Source: Callorhinchus milii (Eukaryota). From it: a stretch of DNA of 64,000 bases. Shown here in pieces: positions 49,734-62,834 of this stretch. The stretch is from the NCBI RefSeq assembly GCF_018977255.1, contig NW_024704742.1:78122001-78186000 (forward strand). Direction: 5' to 3'. Position numbers and translations under genes: made by a program. Numbering within the stretch: position 1 is the first letter of the stretch; each line of letters begins with the position of its first letter. The notes below the pieces were generated by a model. The model had not been told where the DNA came from, ran no database searches, and saw only the letters and a list, made by a program, of their open reading frames with translations.

Positions 49734-50469
49734 GTGAGTGTCCATCTTCAGGAATAGTGGGAAAGTTTGACATGTGCTTAACACTGTTAAAATATTGTGT
49801 GTTGCAAAGATTACTCAAGAAGATAAAGCACCTTCATTCAGGTTTTATAAAGGATGCAGTTGAAAGCTTTAATAGCTAATGTCATTACTCAGTTACGTTA
49901 TATAACAGACCGCTGAAGATATATTGCATAGAGACCAAAAAATGCAATGCAGATAAACATAATGGTTGCCTTTATCAATTCTGACAGATGTTTTGTGTGT
50001 AAATTTGGATAGTCATTTTCTGTTTAAGAGCACTGGGAAATCATTTTGGAATTGGTACTCTCATAAAATGAGTTAGACAATTTAAATAGTATCCAGGAAA
50101 TTTCAAGAGCTTTTTCTCTTTATAAACCTGCTCTAAACAACAAGGTGCAATCCCCTACAGCACCATGTCAATCAAGAGAATTGGCCAACTGCTTTTCATT
50201 TCCTGCTTGAATTATGTGACTGTTATAGCAGTTGTTCAAAGAGAGTGAATCTATAGCATGCAACTGCCTAGAAATAAACTAGTATGTGTAAGTATTAATT
50301 TCATAGCATCATTACAGGGAAGCACTGTGTATTTGTGATGCAAGATATTTCTTAACAGAAGGTGGCACAGAGTGTGCCATGCCTGGTCAATTGCTACCCA
50401 GACAAAGACCAGAGTTGCAAGTACTGGGATCAAGGTACTCAATGGATGGCCTTGAATTTGCCAGGAGAT

Positions 50470-51022
50470 TTAGCGGTATTTGTTGACTCGTCGCTCACTA
50501 TATCAAAATAATGTGATGCAACAATAAACAAGGCAAACAGAATACTGGGCTATATAGCTGTATCAGTTGAGTTTAGATCCCCATACTTCATTCTCAGGCT
50601 GCTCTTGTCGGGCTATAACATGAATATAGCAGACAATTCCAGGACATAAGGTGGCCTCCTAGGCCCTAGAGGTTGTGCAGAGGAGAGCAATGAAGATAAA
50701 CCACAGTGTTAGAACTATGTATGAGCTACGACTACACATGTTGGGACTTTTTAGTTTTGGGAGAAGATCACTTAGATGGGATTGAAAAAGTAAATCCAGA
50801 TCAGTACTTTAGGAGTTATCAAGATAGTAGAACAAGACGAGTTTAGAGTTGTAAAGGGCAAAACCATGAAGTTTTTCTTACATAGAGGGTAATCAATGAC
50901 TGGAGCAGGTTGAGAAGAAAGGTAGTAGAGACCAGGACAATTGGACTTGTTTAAAAAGCAGCTTGATGCAGGTAGGTGTTCTAGAGGAATGAGATTGGAA
51001 GGGACAAAAGGCTTTCTTCATT
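50470..51022 (+). mobile_element. Degenerate CR1 3' region
   Basis: KANRILGYI, LEVVQRRAMK, RVINDW remnants. Confidence 0.7.
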
Positions 51023-51028
51023 CAGACC

Positions 51029-51700
51029 GCCAGACTACGGCACTACCTCACCCCTCACGCTGCTGAAACCTGGTCCACGCCTTTATCACCTCAAGGCTGG
51101 ACTATGGGAACTCTCTCCTCGCCGGCCTTCCCGGCACCTCCCTCCACAAGCTGCAGGTCATTCAGAACTCTGCAGCTCGTGTACTGTCCCGCACCAGGCT
51201 TCGGGACCACATCACTCCCACCCTCGCTCGCCTCCACTGGCTCCCCATCCCCCAGAGGATCGAATTCAAGATCCTCATCCTCACCTATAAGGCCATTCAC
51301 GGCCTTGCTCCCTCCTACCTCTCTGACCTACTATCCCCCTACTTACCTGCCCGTACCCTCCGTTCCTCTGGCTCCGGTCTGCTCAACATCCCCCACCCAA
51401 ACCACCCACCATCGGTGCCGGGCCTTCAGCCTCTCAGCCCCTAGGCTCTGGAACTCTATACCCCAGTGCCTTCGCCGCCTCCTCCCTTTCCTCCTTCAAG
51501 GCCGGTCTCAAGACCTTTCTCTTTGACCGAGCCTTCAGCTCCCCTCTCGACTCTCTACCCCCTCCTCGCTCCCTCCCTTCCCTCCCCCTGACCATTTCCC
51601 CCCTGCTCGGGTCCTGACCCAACTATACAGCTCCTTGAGACGTCCCCCCGACGTGAAAGGCGCTCTATAAATGGAATCTTGTTGTTGTTGGTCTTGTTGT
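51029..51700 (+). mobile_element. Young L2 3' fragment, highly similar to 55704-56370
   Basis: Direct comparison within the window; (TTG)n tail. Confidence 0.92.
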
Positions 51701-53013
51701 TAGAACAGGCTAACTAAATAATTTAAAATGAATGCATAATGCAATCAAACAAGCTAACCATTTTATTCCGTATCACTTCAGTAACCCAGAGTGTTATTCT
51801 GGGTATAACCAATAGTCAAATAATGTGTACAAACACAATAAGAGAAGTTGACTTGCGTGTAAAGCAACAAGTCAATCTTCATGAATCAACTGGGATGGTT
51901 AGTACGTTACTAATCTAGTGATTGAAGGGTGTCTAGAAACTAAAATTTGGATTTTCAGCAAGTATTTAGAACTATAGATATAGGAGACCATTTGGCCTAT
52001 TTTTCAAGTCCTCAAAGGAGGTTGCTTCTCCAAAAAGCTATTCATCCTAATTCCAACTCCCTGCCCTTTTCCTGTAGACTCTAATACCATTTGTCTGCAT
52101 GTGCTAAGTCAGTTCAGTTGATGCTCCAATCGACTGTTCTAACAACCGACCCTTGCAAATCATTCCATTCTGTCTGGGAGAAGAGGATTTTCTGAACCTC
52201 TTTTGCTGTCTTGTCACAGTAAATCACATTATGTCAGCAAGACTCAGTAGCACTTTTGTTTCTGAGTCAGAAAGCTTTGAGTTCAATCCTCATGCTGAGA
52301 TGTTGAATTCACAGTCTTGGCTGACATTCCAATACCCTTCAATGTCAGAAGTGCTAGACTTTGCATGGGATATCATACTGAGATCCCATCTATTCAGATT
52401 TCTTCTTTGATCTCAAACCACAAAATGCAGCACTGTAAAGTATGCTGTATTAAAAAAACATACATTTCTTTTTCTACAGTGCTAGCTCCAAACTAATTTT
52501 CAGCAAGTAATAAACTTTATTATGATAAATCATCCTTTGAGAGGTTACAAAATTGTCAAAGGCCTGCAAACAGATTTGATATTTACCTTCTCAGTCTAGA
52601 AACATGTATAGCATTGAGAAAGTATTGTCTCATCTTCAGAATTAAACATAAATATACCAACTCTAAACAATTGTTTTGCCATCTTAGTGAACTAGATATT
52701 ACAGTATATCTGATCAGAATTATGTAGTCAGTTGCAACTGTATTTACCATAAATGAAAATGAGATGATAACTTTGTACATATTAATAAAATTCAATCCCT
52801 GCTGGAATTTAGGTTGCAAGGGTGAATCACAATTATGAGTCAGACTAGCTGGTCAGCCATCAACAATGTGTTGGATTACTGCAAACTTGCATGGCCTTTT
52901 GTGTTTCTCAGAGATAGTTCCATCCAAGGGGACTGTATGCTTTTTAAGTTTATTTTTTTTATTAAAATGAGCTATTGCAAAGCATTTAATAGTTATGGCA
53001 TCTTTCTATGCAG

Positions 53014-53139
53014 GCAAATCGCTGGATACGAAACAAGGAAAACAAAAATGGTTTGAAGATAATTAAACTGACAGATTCCAATTTCTTACGCACTTTAGAA
53101 AATTCTATTCGGCTTGGCTCACCAGTGTTGTTAGAAGAG
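53014..53139 (+). CDS. DNAH6: DNAH6 exon 20 (AAA5)
   Basis: tgcag|GCA...GAG|gtaagt; ANRWIRNKE...[19 protein letters not shown]; 126 nt. Confidence 0.96.
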
Positions 53140-53599
53140 GTAAGTATATCCTGCTCCAGTGATTTTTTTAATCCTGTTTTAAGTAAGTATTTTAGCCATT
53201 GTTCACAGGCATTATTTAAAGAACGATGTTCAAACATAGAATTACTTAGAACATCACAGCATGGAAATAGGCCATTTGGCTCAAATAGTCCATGCTGGTA
53301 TTTTCACTACATAAAAGCCTCTTAATCCCCTCTCCCATATCCCTCTATTCTCTTCTCTCATGCATGCAATAAGGGATAAGGGAATACATATGAGAATAAA
53401 TATTTGGTGGGAAACGATGTAATTTTTAAATATAAGATTCATTATATTTGTGAGGAAAGAGTTGATAACTAATTTCTGATTCAGAACTTCATTTAAGTGT
53501 TACCAACATTATCAGATATGTGGAACAAATGTTGAATGTTCTTGCCACACTAGTTGCTCTAACAAAAAATCATCCCACACTTAAATGTTGGGTTTTTTC

Positions 53600-54735
53600 T
53601 ATGACAGTTGCACAATATGGAAAATGAAGGTATAACAGAAATACTAAACAAATGTTGTGTCTCAATTTTTTTTCCAGAAGAGAGTGGTGGTGAGAAACAG
53701 AGAGTAAAAGAGATGGGTGTGCAGCAATTAGAAGGAATAACTAGAGAAAAAAAAGTGGCATTATTAAAGGGAACATATTACCAGGTCTTATTTCATTCAT
53801 TTGAGAATGCTGAGAGAAGTCAGAGAGGATAGTAGTAGAAATTCTGTCTCCTATCTTTCAAATGTCCTTGGATAGGAAAGTTGTACCAGAAGACTGGTAG
53901 GGTTGCTAACGTAAAACATCTGTTCAGAAGGAGATGAGTCAACAAAAAGAGAGTGCAGCAAACAATGGAGAAGAATATAAGCAACTTCAGCCAGATATAC
54001 ATAGAAAAGTAAATTGGGCAGAGAGATAGCAGATAAAGTTTAATGTAGAAAAGTGTGAGGGTTTAGTTGAGGATACAAAATAATGGTAACATTTTAAAAT
54101 GAGTAGAAGAGCAGAAAGACAATGGGTTAACACATACATTTTTAAAGGTAGGAAGCCAGTTAGACAAAACTGAAAAAAGCTCATTGGGTGAAGAAAGTTC
54201 ATTGGATCCTATATACTTTGTTAGTCTGACTACAGTATCCAGTTTCAGTCCATGTTAGGAAGGATGTAAAATATGCAGTGGAGATTTACAAGGATGATAT
54301 CAAGGATGAGTGGTTTGACAGAGAAAACTGGAGGAAGAGGGTCATTGGAATAGTTTTCAATGGATCAGAGAAGATTGAAGGGATATCTAGTAGATTTTTC
54401 AAATTATGAGGGGTTTGGGTAGAGTTGATGGGGGAAAAATTATTTCCACTGTTTGGTACATCAGTGAATACAAGGCATCAATTTAAGATAATAATAATAA
54501 CAGTAATCCTTGCATTTGAGATGTCTCAGGTGCTTCACAGAGTGTACCGTAAAGTGAATTGTCTGTATGTGTTGTGGGTGAAGATAAATAACAGTAGATG
54601 ATTAGGAGGAATTTCACACAGGGAACTGTGTAGACATCTAATAAGGGAAAAGAAGATAAATGAGACTCAATTGATTGCTCTTTTAAAGAGCCAGCATACA
54701 TACAATTAGTTGATTAACCTTCTTCTGTGCTTTCT
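53600..54735 (+). mobile_element. Highly degenerate CR1 fragments with an inserted SINE tail (54488-54580, minus)
   Basis: DWRVANV..LF.K and FNVEKCE remnants, CR1-type tail. Confidence 0.6.
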
Positions 54736-54903
54736 ATTATTCTAGCATGTTCATCCTACATATACATATTTGGAAGTTGACTAATCCCTAATCTACATAT
54801 ATTAAGAGTATTAACTTTGCTGTAACCACAGTATGCACTATAAATATTTCTTAGCTCATATTTGATGTGCTGACATGTCACCTGTTACCTCTTTCAATTT
54901 CAG

Positions 54904-55067
54904 CTTAAAGAGACCTTGGATCCTGCTTGGAGCCTATTCTTCTGAAACAGACATTTATAGCAGGTGGCAGAATGCTAATCCGGCTGGGAGATTCAGACGT
55001 TGATTATGACAAACACTTCCAGTTCTACATGACAACCAAAATGGCCAATCCACACTATCTACCAGAG
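54904..55067 (+). CDS. DNAH6: DNAH6 exon 21 (AAA5), with an apparent 1-nt deletion at 54927-54928
   Basis: ttcag|CTT...GAG|gttgg; reads LKETLDPA, then [10 protein letters not shown]...[14 protein letters not shown] only in a shifted frame; 164 nt where 165 is needed. Confidence 0.93.
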
Positions 55068-55129
55068 GTTGGCCAGACTGATCTTTCTCACTACCTTTTC
55101 TTTTCCTGAAGATAGTGACTCATTATACA

Positions 55130-56370
55130 AGTTGACCACTCTATCCTCCTCCACCGCTTGTCCTCCCACCTCAACCTTCAAGGCCCTGTGCTTGAGTGGT
55201 TTAGGTCCTACCTCTCCCACTGTCTTCATTTTGTCTCTGCAAACGGCTTTTCCTCCAGCCCCCGCACTGTCTTGTGTGGTGTCCCTCAGGGCTCTGTCCT
55301 CGGTCCCCTCCTTCCTCTTCACCCTCTATATGCTCCCCCTTGGTGACTTCATCCGCAGACATGGGGTTAACTTCCACATGTATGCGGATGACACCCAACT
55401 CTACCTTTCCTCCTCTACCCTCAACTCCACGACCACCGATGTCCTGACAGCTGCCTGTCCGACATCGAGTCCTGGACGAGAGACAACTTTCTTCAGCTCA
55501 ACGTGCGCAAAACTGAGGCCCTCCTGATTGGTTCGCGTCAGCGCCTCCGCACCTCAGGCGCTGACAGCATCAGCATCCAAGGCTGCACTCTCCACCTCTC
55601 AAAGCCAGTCAGGAACCTCGGCGTTCTGTTCGACCCTGAGCTGTCCTTTCTTCCTCATATCTGCGCCACAACTGGCACCACCTTCCATCACCTCCGAAAC
55701 ATCGCCAGACGACGGCACTACCTCACCCCTCACGCTGCTGAAACTCTGGTCCACGCCTTTATCACCTCAAGGCTGGACTATGGGAACTCTCTCCTCGCCG
55801 GCCTTCCCGCCACCTCCCTCCACAAGCTGCAGGTCATTCAGAACTCTGCAGCTCATGTACTGTCCCGCACCAGACACCGCGACCACATCACTCCCACCCT
55901 CGCTCGCCTCCACTGGCTTCCCATCCCCCAGAGCATCGAATTCAAGATCCTCATCCTCACCTACAAGGCCATTCATGACCTTGCACCCTCCTACCTCTCC
56001 GACCTACTATCCCCCCACGTACCTGCCCGTACCCTCCATTTCTCTGGCTCCATTCTGCTCACATCCCCCCCCAACCGCCCTACCATCGGTGGCGGGCCTT
56101 CAGCCTCTCAGCCCCGAGGCTCTGGAACTCTATCTCCCAGTGCCTTCGCCTTGCTTCCTCCCTTTCCTCCTTCAAGGCCGGTCTCAAGACCTTTCTCTTC
56201 AACGTGCCTTCAGCTCCCCTCTCGACTCTCTACCCCCTCCTCACTCCCTCCCTTCCCTCCCCTCACCCTGACCATTTCCCCCCTGCTCGGGTCCCGACCC
56301 AACTGTCCAGCGTCTTGGGACGTCCCCCGACGTGAAAGGCGCTCTATAAATGCAATCTTGTTGTTGCTGT
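55130..56370 (+). mobile_element. Young L2 LINE, about 1.25 kb, RT C-half plus 3' UTR, frameshifted
   Basis: [37 protein letters not shown], and tail hairpin. Confidence 0.95.
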
Positions 56371-56419
56371 GGTAGCGGTAACCCTCCGGTGCCTTAGCCA
56401 AGTGGCTATTCTTCAGAAA

Positions 56420-56900
56420 TGATATGACTTTGAAAAGGTGTTAGGCAAAGTACCACATGAAAAACTTCTTCACAGACTATTGTCACTGGGTTTCACAGGC
56501 AAGATATGGATTCAGAATTGGCTGAAGGGAAGAAAACAGAGGGTCTTTGTCAGGGGATCAGGGTCAAAATGGGGAGAGGTATTAAGCAGGATCCTTCAGG
56601 TATCTGTACTGAGACTCCTACTATTCCTCAGGTCATACATTATTTACCTAATTTGCACACCCTATGTAAGATAGTCAAATCTGCAGATGACACCAAGTGG
56701 GGGGAAAAGGGGAAATAAGAGGCAGCAAAAGTCCTACAAATAGAGCTTGATAGAATTTGCACATGGAACAATAACTGGCAAATTAAGTTTAATACTGATC
56801 AGCGCAAGCTACTACATATAGGATCCAAGAATATGAAACACAAGTACTCCATGGATGGGATTGAATTTGCCAAGGAGGAAGCTGAAAGAGATCTATGGGT
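56420..56900 (+). mobile_element. CR1 RT fragment
   Basis: KVPHEKLL, WIQNWLKGRKQRV, ADDTK remnants; homologous piece at 58490-58610. Confidence 0.75.
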
Positions 56901-57542
56901 GTCATCTCTCCTTGCAAATTAATTGTTTTGTGCTTGGTTGTACTGTGCTCACTGCTGGCCTAGCTGATATTAGTCACGCACCACCGACCATACACTGATT
57001 CTGCAGTCTATTTGCTGTTTAAAAAAATCATCTGACTTCCCTGCTTATTCCTAAATTGTTTTTTTTACTGTGTTCCCTGGCATTTTAATCCTTCACCACA
57101 ACACCCATCAAGAAAAGCCAGATTTCACTTTACTAGTGGATTGATGACAACTTGGACCAACATGTAGAGATCTCCTTTTGAGGTTATTAATAAGGAAGCA
57201 TGCCTGCCAATTGCCTACATTTGCTAAGCTTGAGGTGACCATTCTAAAGTAAAAAAAGTTTCAACATTGCTGTGCTCCTGAGGTTATTCAACATCAAACC
57301 ACCACTCTTCTGCAGTGGAACTTTTATACAGCATAGTGTGGGAAGAATTACTTATTACGTTCCTTGCAGGACCTTCCTTCCTCTTTGTGTAATTATAAAG
57401 GACAAGACAATACCAGCCAATTCCCCATCTGTAGTCCTCTAAAGCTCTCACAAGCATGAAAACCCACTCTGGTACTCAATGAGCTACTTGCCCATGACAC
57501 AATCAAACAGCGAATGCCCACAATCTCGGAAAATGAGAAATA

Positions 57543-57729
57543 TTAGCCTGTCTCAGTGGTAGCACTCTCGCCTGTCAGTCAGACCAATGTGGGTTCAAGC
57601 CCCACGTTGGGACTTTGAATCACACAGTCTGAGCTAACATTCCAATGCGGTGCTGGGGGGTGGGGGATGCATTGTTGGAGGTGTTGACCTTCGACGCTAT
57701 CTGCTTGTTCAGTTTGACATTAAATATCT
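57543..57729 (+). mobile_element. Older Deu-type SINE 5' part abutting the exon 22 acceptor
   Basis: Aligns with 9541-9722 (head through CTGTTCAG...TTAAA). Confidence 0.72.
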
Positions 57730-57744
57730 GACTTTTTCCATCAG

Positions 57745-57812
57745 GTGTGTATCAAGGTCACGATCATCAACTTCACTGTGACCAAATCTGGTCTGGAAGA
57801 TCAGCTACTAAG
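57745..57812 (+). CDS. DNAH6: DNAH6 exon 22
   Basis: atcag|GTG...AG|gtgaa; VCIKVTIINFTVTKSGLEDQLLS; 68 nt. Confidence 0.95.
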
Positions 57813-58766
57813 GTGAAGCTCCTTGTCTTATTTTTATGTTTTAACTGAACTTTATCTTACTATTCTGTCTCTTATTAGAACATACCCTGAATCCCTTGTT
57901 TAAACTTTATTAACCAAATCTTTGGTTTACTGTTCAACAGTGTTAAGGGTCGATATGGTAACATTTGCACTGGACAGTATAATGTAGTTTTGATTAGTAA
58001 GCCTGAAGGAAAATAACAAACAGCAAAAAATTGCATTTATATAGTGCCTTTCACGTCCCAAGGCACTGGATGGTGGGGACGGTGAGATTATATTTCAGAA
58101 ATGGTAATTTGACCGAGTTAGAATTTTTCTTTTTAAACTTGCGTGTATGAATTTCACAGTGGTACAAAAAGCAAGAGGATGGAATTATGAAGTTTAATTC
58201 CATAGTCTACTGAGAAACCCAGTACGATAAAATGCAAATTAGTTTATAAATATATGCTGAAACTCCCGTGAATATGATTTTTAATGTGTACAAACTAATT
58301 ATTGATTTTTCAGCAAATGTATCCAAACGTACAAAAAAGCATTATATTGGAAGAGCTCTGATATATTGTCACATATATATATATTTTAATCAGAAGATAG
58401 TGGGTTCAAGCCCCTTGCTGAGACTTTGAACTCATTGCCCTAGGCCGATACTTTATTGCAATACTGAGGGCTGCTAAACCTGGCAACTATAATAACTGGG
58501 AAATTAAGTTTAATACAGGTAAATACACAGTATTACTTATAGGATGCATGAATATGATACACAAGTACCTATGGATGGAATAGAACTTGCCCATTGGAAA
58601 CCTGAAAGACATAATAAAAAAACACCTACAAAATATACAGTTTTTGATGTGGGGTCCATCAAAAACTCACTGCCAAAATAACAATATTTTTATTATGTCT
58701 TTATGATGGGAAAAATATTATTTGTAGTGTACAGTGAATGACAGACCTCAATGTTGTATTTTACAG

Positions 58767-58947
58767 TGATGTTGTGAGAATAGAGAAACCTGAACTTGAA
58801 GAACAAAGAAACCAACTGATAGTTCGAATTAACGCAGATAAAAATCAGCTGAAAGCAATTGAAGATAAAATCTTGAGGTTGCTTTTTACCTCTGAAGGCA
58901 ACATTCTGGACAATGAAGAACTGATACGTACTCTTCAAGATTCAAAG
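58767..58947 (+). CDS. DNAH6: DNAH6 exon 23 (buttress)
   Basis: tacag|T GAT...AAG|gtaat; [14 protein letters not shown]...[30 protein letters not shown]; 181 nt. Confidence 0.96.
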
Positions 58948-59559
58948 GTAATTTTATCTGTGTAACAATTGAACCGTTCACCAAAGAAGGGCCAGTGTGT
59001 TTAACTACTATATTGAGGTCTGAACATCGGCGAGACATATACTTTGCAAGAATTACATACAGTTTAGAGTTGACTATTCCATGTTTCTGATGTACAACTT
59101 GTTTTTTCTTCCAACCATCAACCCCTCTAGCATCACAATAGCATTAAGTGATCCATATTCACATGATCTCCACTGATTATTCTACCCTGAAAATAATACA
59201 ATGTACTAAACAGAGTAAAATTCTTCACCGTTTATAATATAAAACAAAGCATTCACTAGGCTTTCACTCTTTCTTTCACTTAGCAATGATCTCCATCAAA
59301 AACATGGAAGATTTATTTTACATGTTACTTTCACAATATATATTTATAGTATGTGCCACAAAAGTTGTTTGCTGATTTGTTGCACAACATACATTGCATG
59401 GCACCCTCGACTTTTAAGAGTATATGAAGTGTGGTTAAACCAACACTTTATTTTTGGTCAAACAGATAGCTGGTACATGGGGAAATCTGTTGTCGTGCAT
59501 AAGAGCGTCCAAATCTAATAATTAAAAGTTCAACATGTATATGGTTTACATTTGTTTGG

Positions 59560-59910
59560 TTTGGAGTATGCTCTCTCTCCCCAGAGAGTGGATGTACTCA
59601 TGCTTATCTAATTCTGGAGCATTTAGACACAGATTAGTGAGAACCAAGGCTTGGAGACCCCTGAGAGTACATTTGAGTTCTCCTGGAGTTTAACAGCTAA
59701 AACTGCACAGCTTGCCTTTCCAAACACTGGCAAGCTTCTTGCTGCTTACGTAGCTAGAACCACCCATTAAGGCTTTGGTTTGCAGAGTTAACAGCTACTG
59801 AATGGCAAGAATCCCTGTCTACAGTGACTGGTTTGTTCCTGGTTCACTGATCCTTCATCAGTAGTTCTTTGGAGGATTGTGGATCTTTCAGACTCGAGTA
59901 CTGGACAACT
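59560..59910 (-). repeat. Unclassified interspersed repeat, copy B
   Basis: Reverse-complement match to 8570-9000, e.g. GTCTCCAAGCCTTGG and GAATTAG.TAAGCA. Confidence 0.7.
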
Positions 59911-60000
59911 GAGATTGAAATTGGTGAATTGAATTGATTCTGATCTTCCATTGCTAGTTGTATCACCTTGGAGCCAATTTTTGAAATTTATTTTACATAG

Positions 60001-60180
60001 GTTACCTCAGGTGCTATTAAAGTTCGCTTGGAAGAGGCCGAAGCTACAGAACAAAAAATTAATTCTGCTCGTGAGAAGTATCGTCCTGTAGCGACCCGTG
60101 GATCAGTTATGTATTTTGTCGTCGCTAGCCTCTCTGAAATAGACCCGATGTACCAGTTTTCTTTAAAATACTTCAAACAG
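60001..60180 (+). CDS. DNAH6: DNAH6 exon 24
   Basis: catag|GTT...CAG|gtttg; [14 protein letters not shown]...[37 protein letters not shown]; 180 nt. Confidence 0.96.
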
Positions 60181-61065
60181 GTTTGCCATTTTTCTTGCTT
60201 AACCCATGAGTGCTACCCAACCTGGCTTTTTACAATCACTAAAATATTTTAGATGCGTTCATTAGTTGAGATGTTAGAGATATGTTTATTTAGAATGCAC
60301 GGGCTAAAGATTATAGGTGTTTGCTAATCCTGTATTTATTTATCTACTGAATATTTTTTGAAAGAGAAATACATACCTATAACAGTGACTTGACAATATG
60401 GCAAAGAGGTAGGATTCTGGTTTAAGATCAACATGATGACTTGCCATCATTGGAGGATTTCCTAGCAGATTCCAGAAACTTCATAACAGAGAGAAAAAGT
60501 AAATTGGACCTCAATTCACCAAAGCTTTCTCATTGGTACTCTAGAAGTAAGATGCTTGCTATCTGTAGGATGTGGTTTGGTGTGTGACATGAAGCGAGTT
60601 AAGAGAGGAAGAAAATCTTTATGTTTTACATGGCTCAGTTTGTGTATTTATTGCAATTCAGTTAAAGTATCCATTGCAGATAAATATAATTGCAGCACAA
60701 AATCTAATTTAAAGTAATTATAACTGGAGCTGTAGTAATTTGCCACAGAAAACAATTTTTTTCTTTCCAAACTACTGCATTCTAATTAGATTTTGGCAAT
60801 GTTTCCATGTATAAAAATGTACATCTATAAGATTTTCACAACCATAATACTATGGATCAATTAATGTTACAACAATGAAGTATCCAAGAAGAAAAGTTAG
60901 GAGAGTATGTAAATTACATGCACAAATAGCATGCTTCCTGGATTATTAGTTGCATGTTGAATAATCCTCACCTTGTTTTGCTTCTTCAGAAAGAAGTATT
61001 CTAGAAACCAAAACTACTAAAGTAATGAAATGAACCATTTGAACATTTAATTTCTCATTTTACAG

Positions 61066-61299
61066 CTGTTCAATACGACTATTGAGGTGTCTGAGAAGAC
61101 CTATGACCTGAAACAACGTTTGATCACTTTGTTGCATAAGACACTTTTTAGCACCTACTCTAATGTTTCTAGAGGTCTATTTGAACAACACAAGCTTATC
61201 TACAGTTTCATGCTCTGTATTGAAATCCTGCGTCAGAAAGGAGAAATATCAGATGTTGAATGGAACTATTTCCTTAGAGGATCTTCAGGAATGGATAAG
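61066..61299 (+). CDS. DNAH6: DNAH6 exon 25
   Basis: tacag|CTG...AAG|gtaat; LFNTTIE...[20 protein letters not shown]...[14 protein letters not shown]; 234 nt. Confidence 0.96.
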
Positions 61300-61989
61300 G
61301 TAATCTTTGGAAGTTCAGTCCCAAATATAATTGTGCCCCTTGGTTTATGTTAGTCTGTGTCGATTATTAAAGAGATTTGAAGAACTTTTACATTTTGACT
61401 GCACCTAACTTAACTGTTATGCTCCTCAGGACATGGGTAGCATGTACATGTAAATGGGTTTCCCTACAGAAAATGTCATTTTCCTGGCAGGAATATGCTA
61501 TTAATACTACTATTTTACTAAGAAACATGTTTTAAAACCTAAAATTTAGAGGAAAACGGAAATGAAGAATGTAAGTTGATTCCTGTCATCTAACTTTTTC
61601 AAATGAAACATTATTAGACAATGTAAAACAAGACAATCCTATCTGACGTGCAAAACATAACTTCTGTGGACTTTTACACCATCATTCTATTTCCTGGAGA
61701 GGTTCTGCATCAATACACCCCAATTCCTAAAGAGAATTCCAGAATTTTCATCCATCCTCACATTTGCACACTTTAAAGATCGTTTGTGTCACTCCAAGAC
61801 CTTGTTCCTTCTCCTTCTCTGTAAGGAACAAAAAAATCATTGTGCCCTTTAAGGTTTTGTTCAACTCATTGTGCACCTTTTGCTGCATCCTCCAAAACTC
61901 CTGCCTGATTTTCTCAGCGTTAATTCATAGGTACTGAGGTCAGCTGTAGAGCTCCACCTCTGACAGCTCAGCAAAGGAATAGAAACTAT

Positions 61990-62051
61990 ACAACAACAAG
62001 ATTACATTTGTATAGCGCCTTTCACGTCGGGAGAACGTCCCAAGGCGCTGG
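61990..62051 (-). mobile_element. L2 extreme 3' tail (hairpin only)
   Basis: Reverse strand: AGCGCCTTGGGACGTTCTCCCGACGTGAAAGGCGCT...TTGTTGTTG. Confidence 0.85.
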
Positions 62052-62110
62052 AACCCATTAATCTCTAAGGTTTAGTGCTACACTGAGTGGTATTTTTACT
62101 CATTAAATGT

Positions 62111-62720
62111 GTGTCAGCCTGGCTCAATGGCTAGCACTCTCGCCTCTGAGTCAGAAAGTTGTTGGGTCGAGCTCCACATCGGGGCTTGGAATCACATAGT
62201 CTAAGCCAGGGTGGTCCAAACTTTTGGCTGCTGAGAGCCGGATGCCCTATTTGGGAAATGTCCATGGGCCCCATAAACAATATTTTTGTATTTACCTTCC
62301 AGAAACGTAACGTTTCCAGGTTATGAAGGGAATGGGAGAGCCAGATGAAATTGAGTGGGGGAGAGGGGGAGGCGGATGAAATTGGCAAGCGGGCCGCCAT
62401 TTGGACCACCCTGGTCTACGCTGACATTCCAATTCAGTACTGGCGGTGTATTATAGGAGTCCTTCAGATGAGACGTTAAACCGTCTGTCTGCTCAGGTGA
62501 ACGTTAAAGATACCATGGCACTATTCAAAAAGAGAAGGGAGTTTCTCCTGGTGTTCTGGGCATCAATTGGTCACTCACGACATGGCTGTTTGTGGGACAT
62601 TGCTGTGCACAAAACTAGCTGTCGAGTCTTGCCCCAAAATGCACAGTATTTACAGGATATCCTGTGAAGCGCTTTGAGATATCTCGATGACATGATAGGT
62701 CGTTATATCAAATGCAGTGA
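62111..62720 (+). mobile_element. Full-length older Deu-domain SINE interrupted by a hAT MITE
   Basis: Head at 62111, Deu core at about 62490-62560, tail shared with the young SINEs. Confidence 0.82.
62207..62413. mobile_element. 207-bp non-autonomous hAT (Charlie-like) MITE
   Basis: 14-bp perfect TIRs CAGGGTGGTCCAAA/TTTGGACCACCCTG; 8-bp TSD GTCTAAGC/GTCTACGC. Confidence 0.9.
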
Positions 62721-62834
62721 TTTTTAATATTAAATGATCAGGGGAATGCCAAACTAACTTTCAATTAAGGATTGTTTGGTTACATCTATAAAACTGTTTT
62801 TTATGATGTTGAGTTGTAGGTTTTCTTTTTCTAG

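Noticed and set aside
55503..56375. 290-aa ORF
   Set aside because: Frameshifted, 5'-truncated L2 ORF2 remnant, not a host gene.
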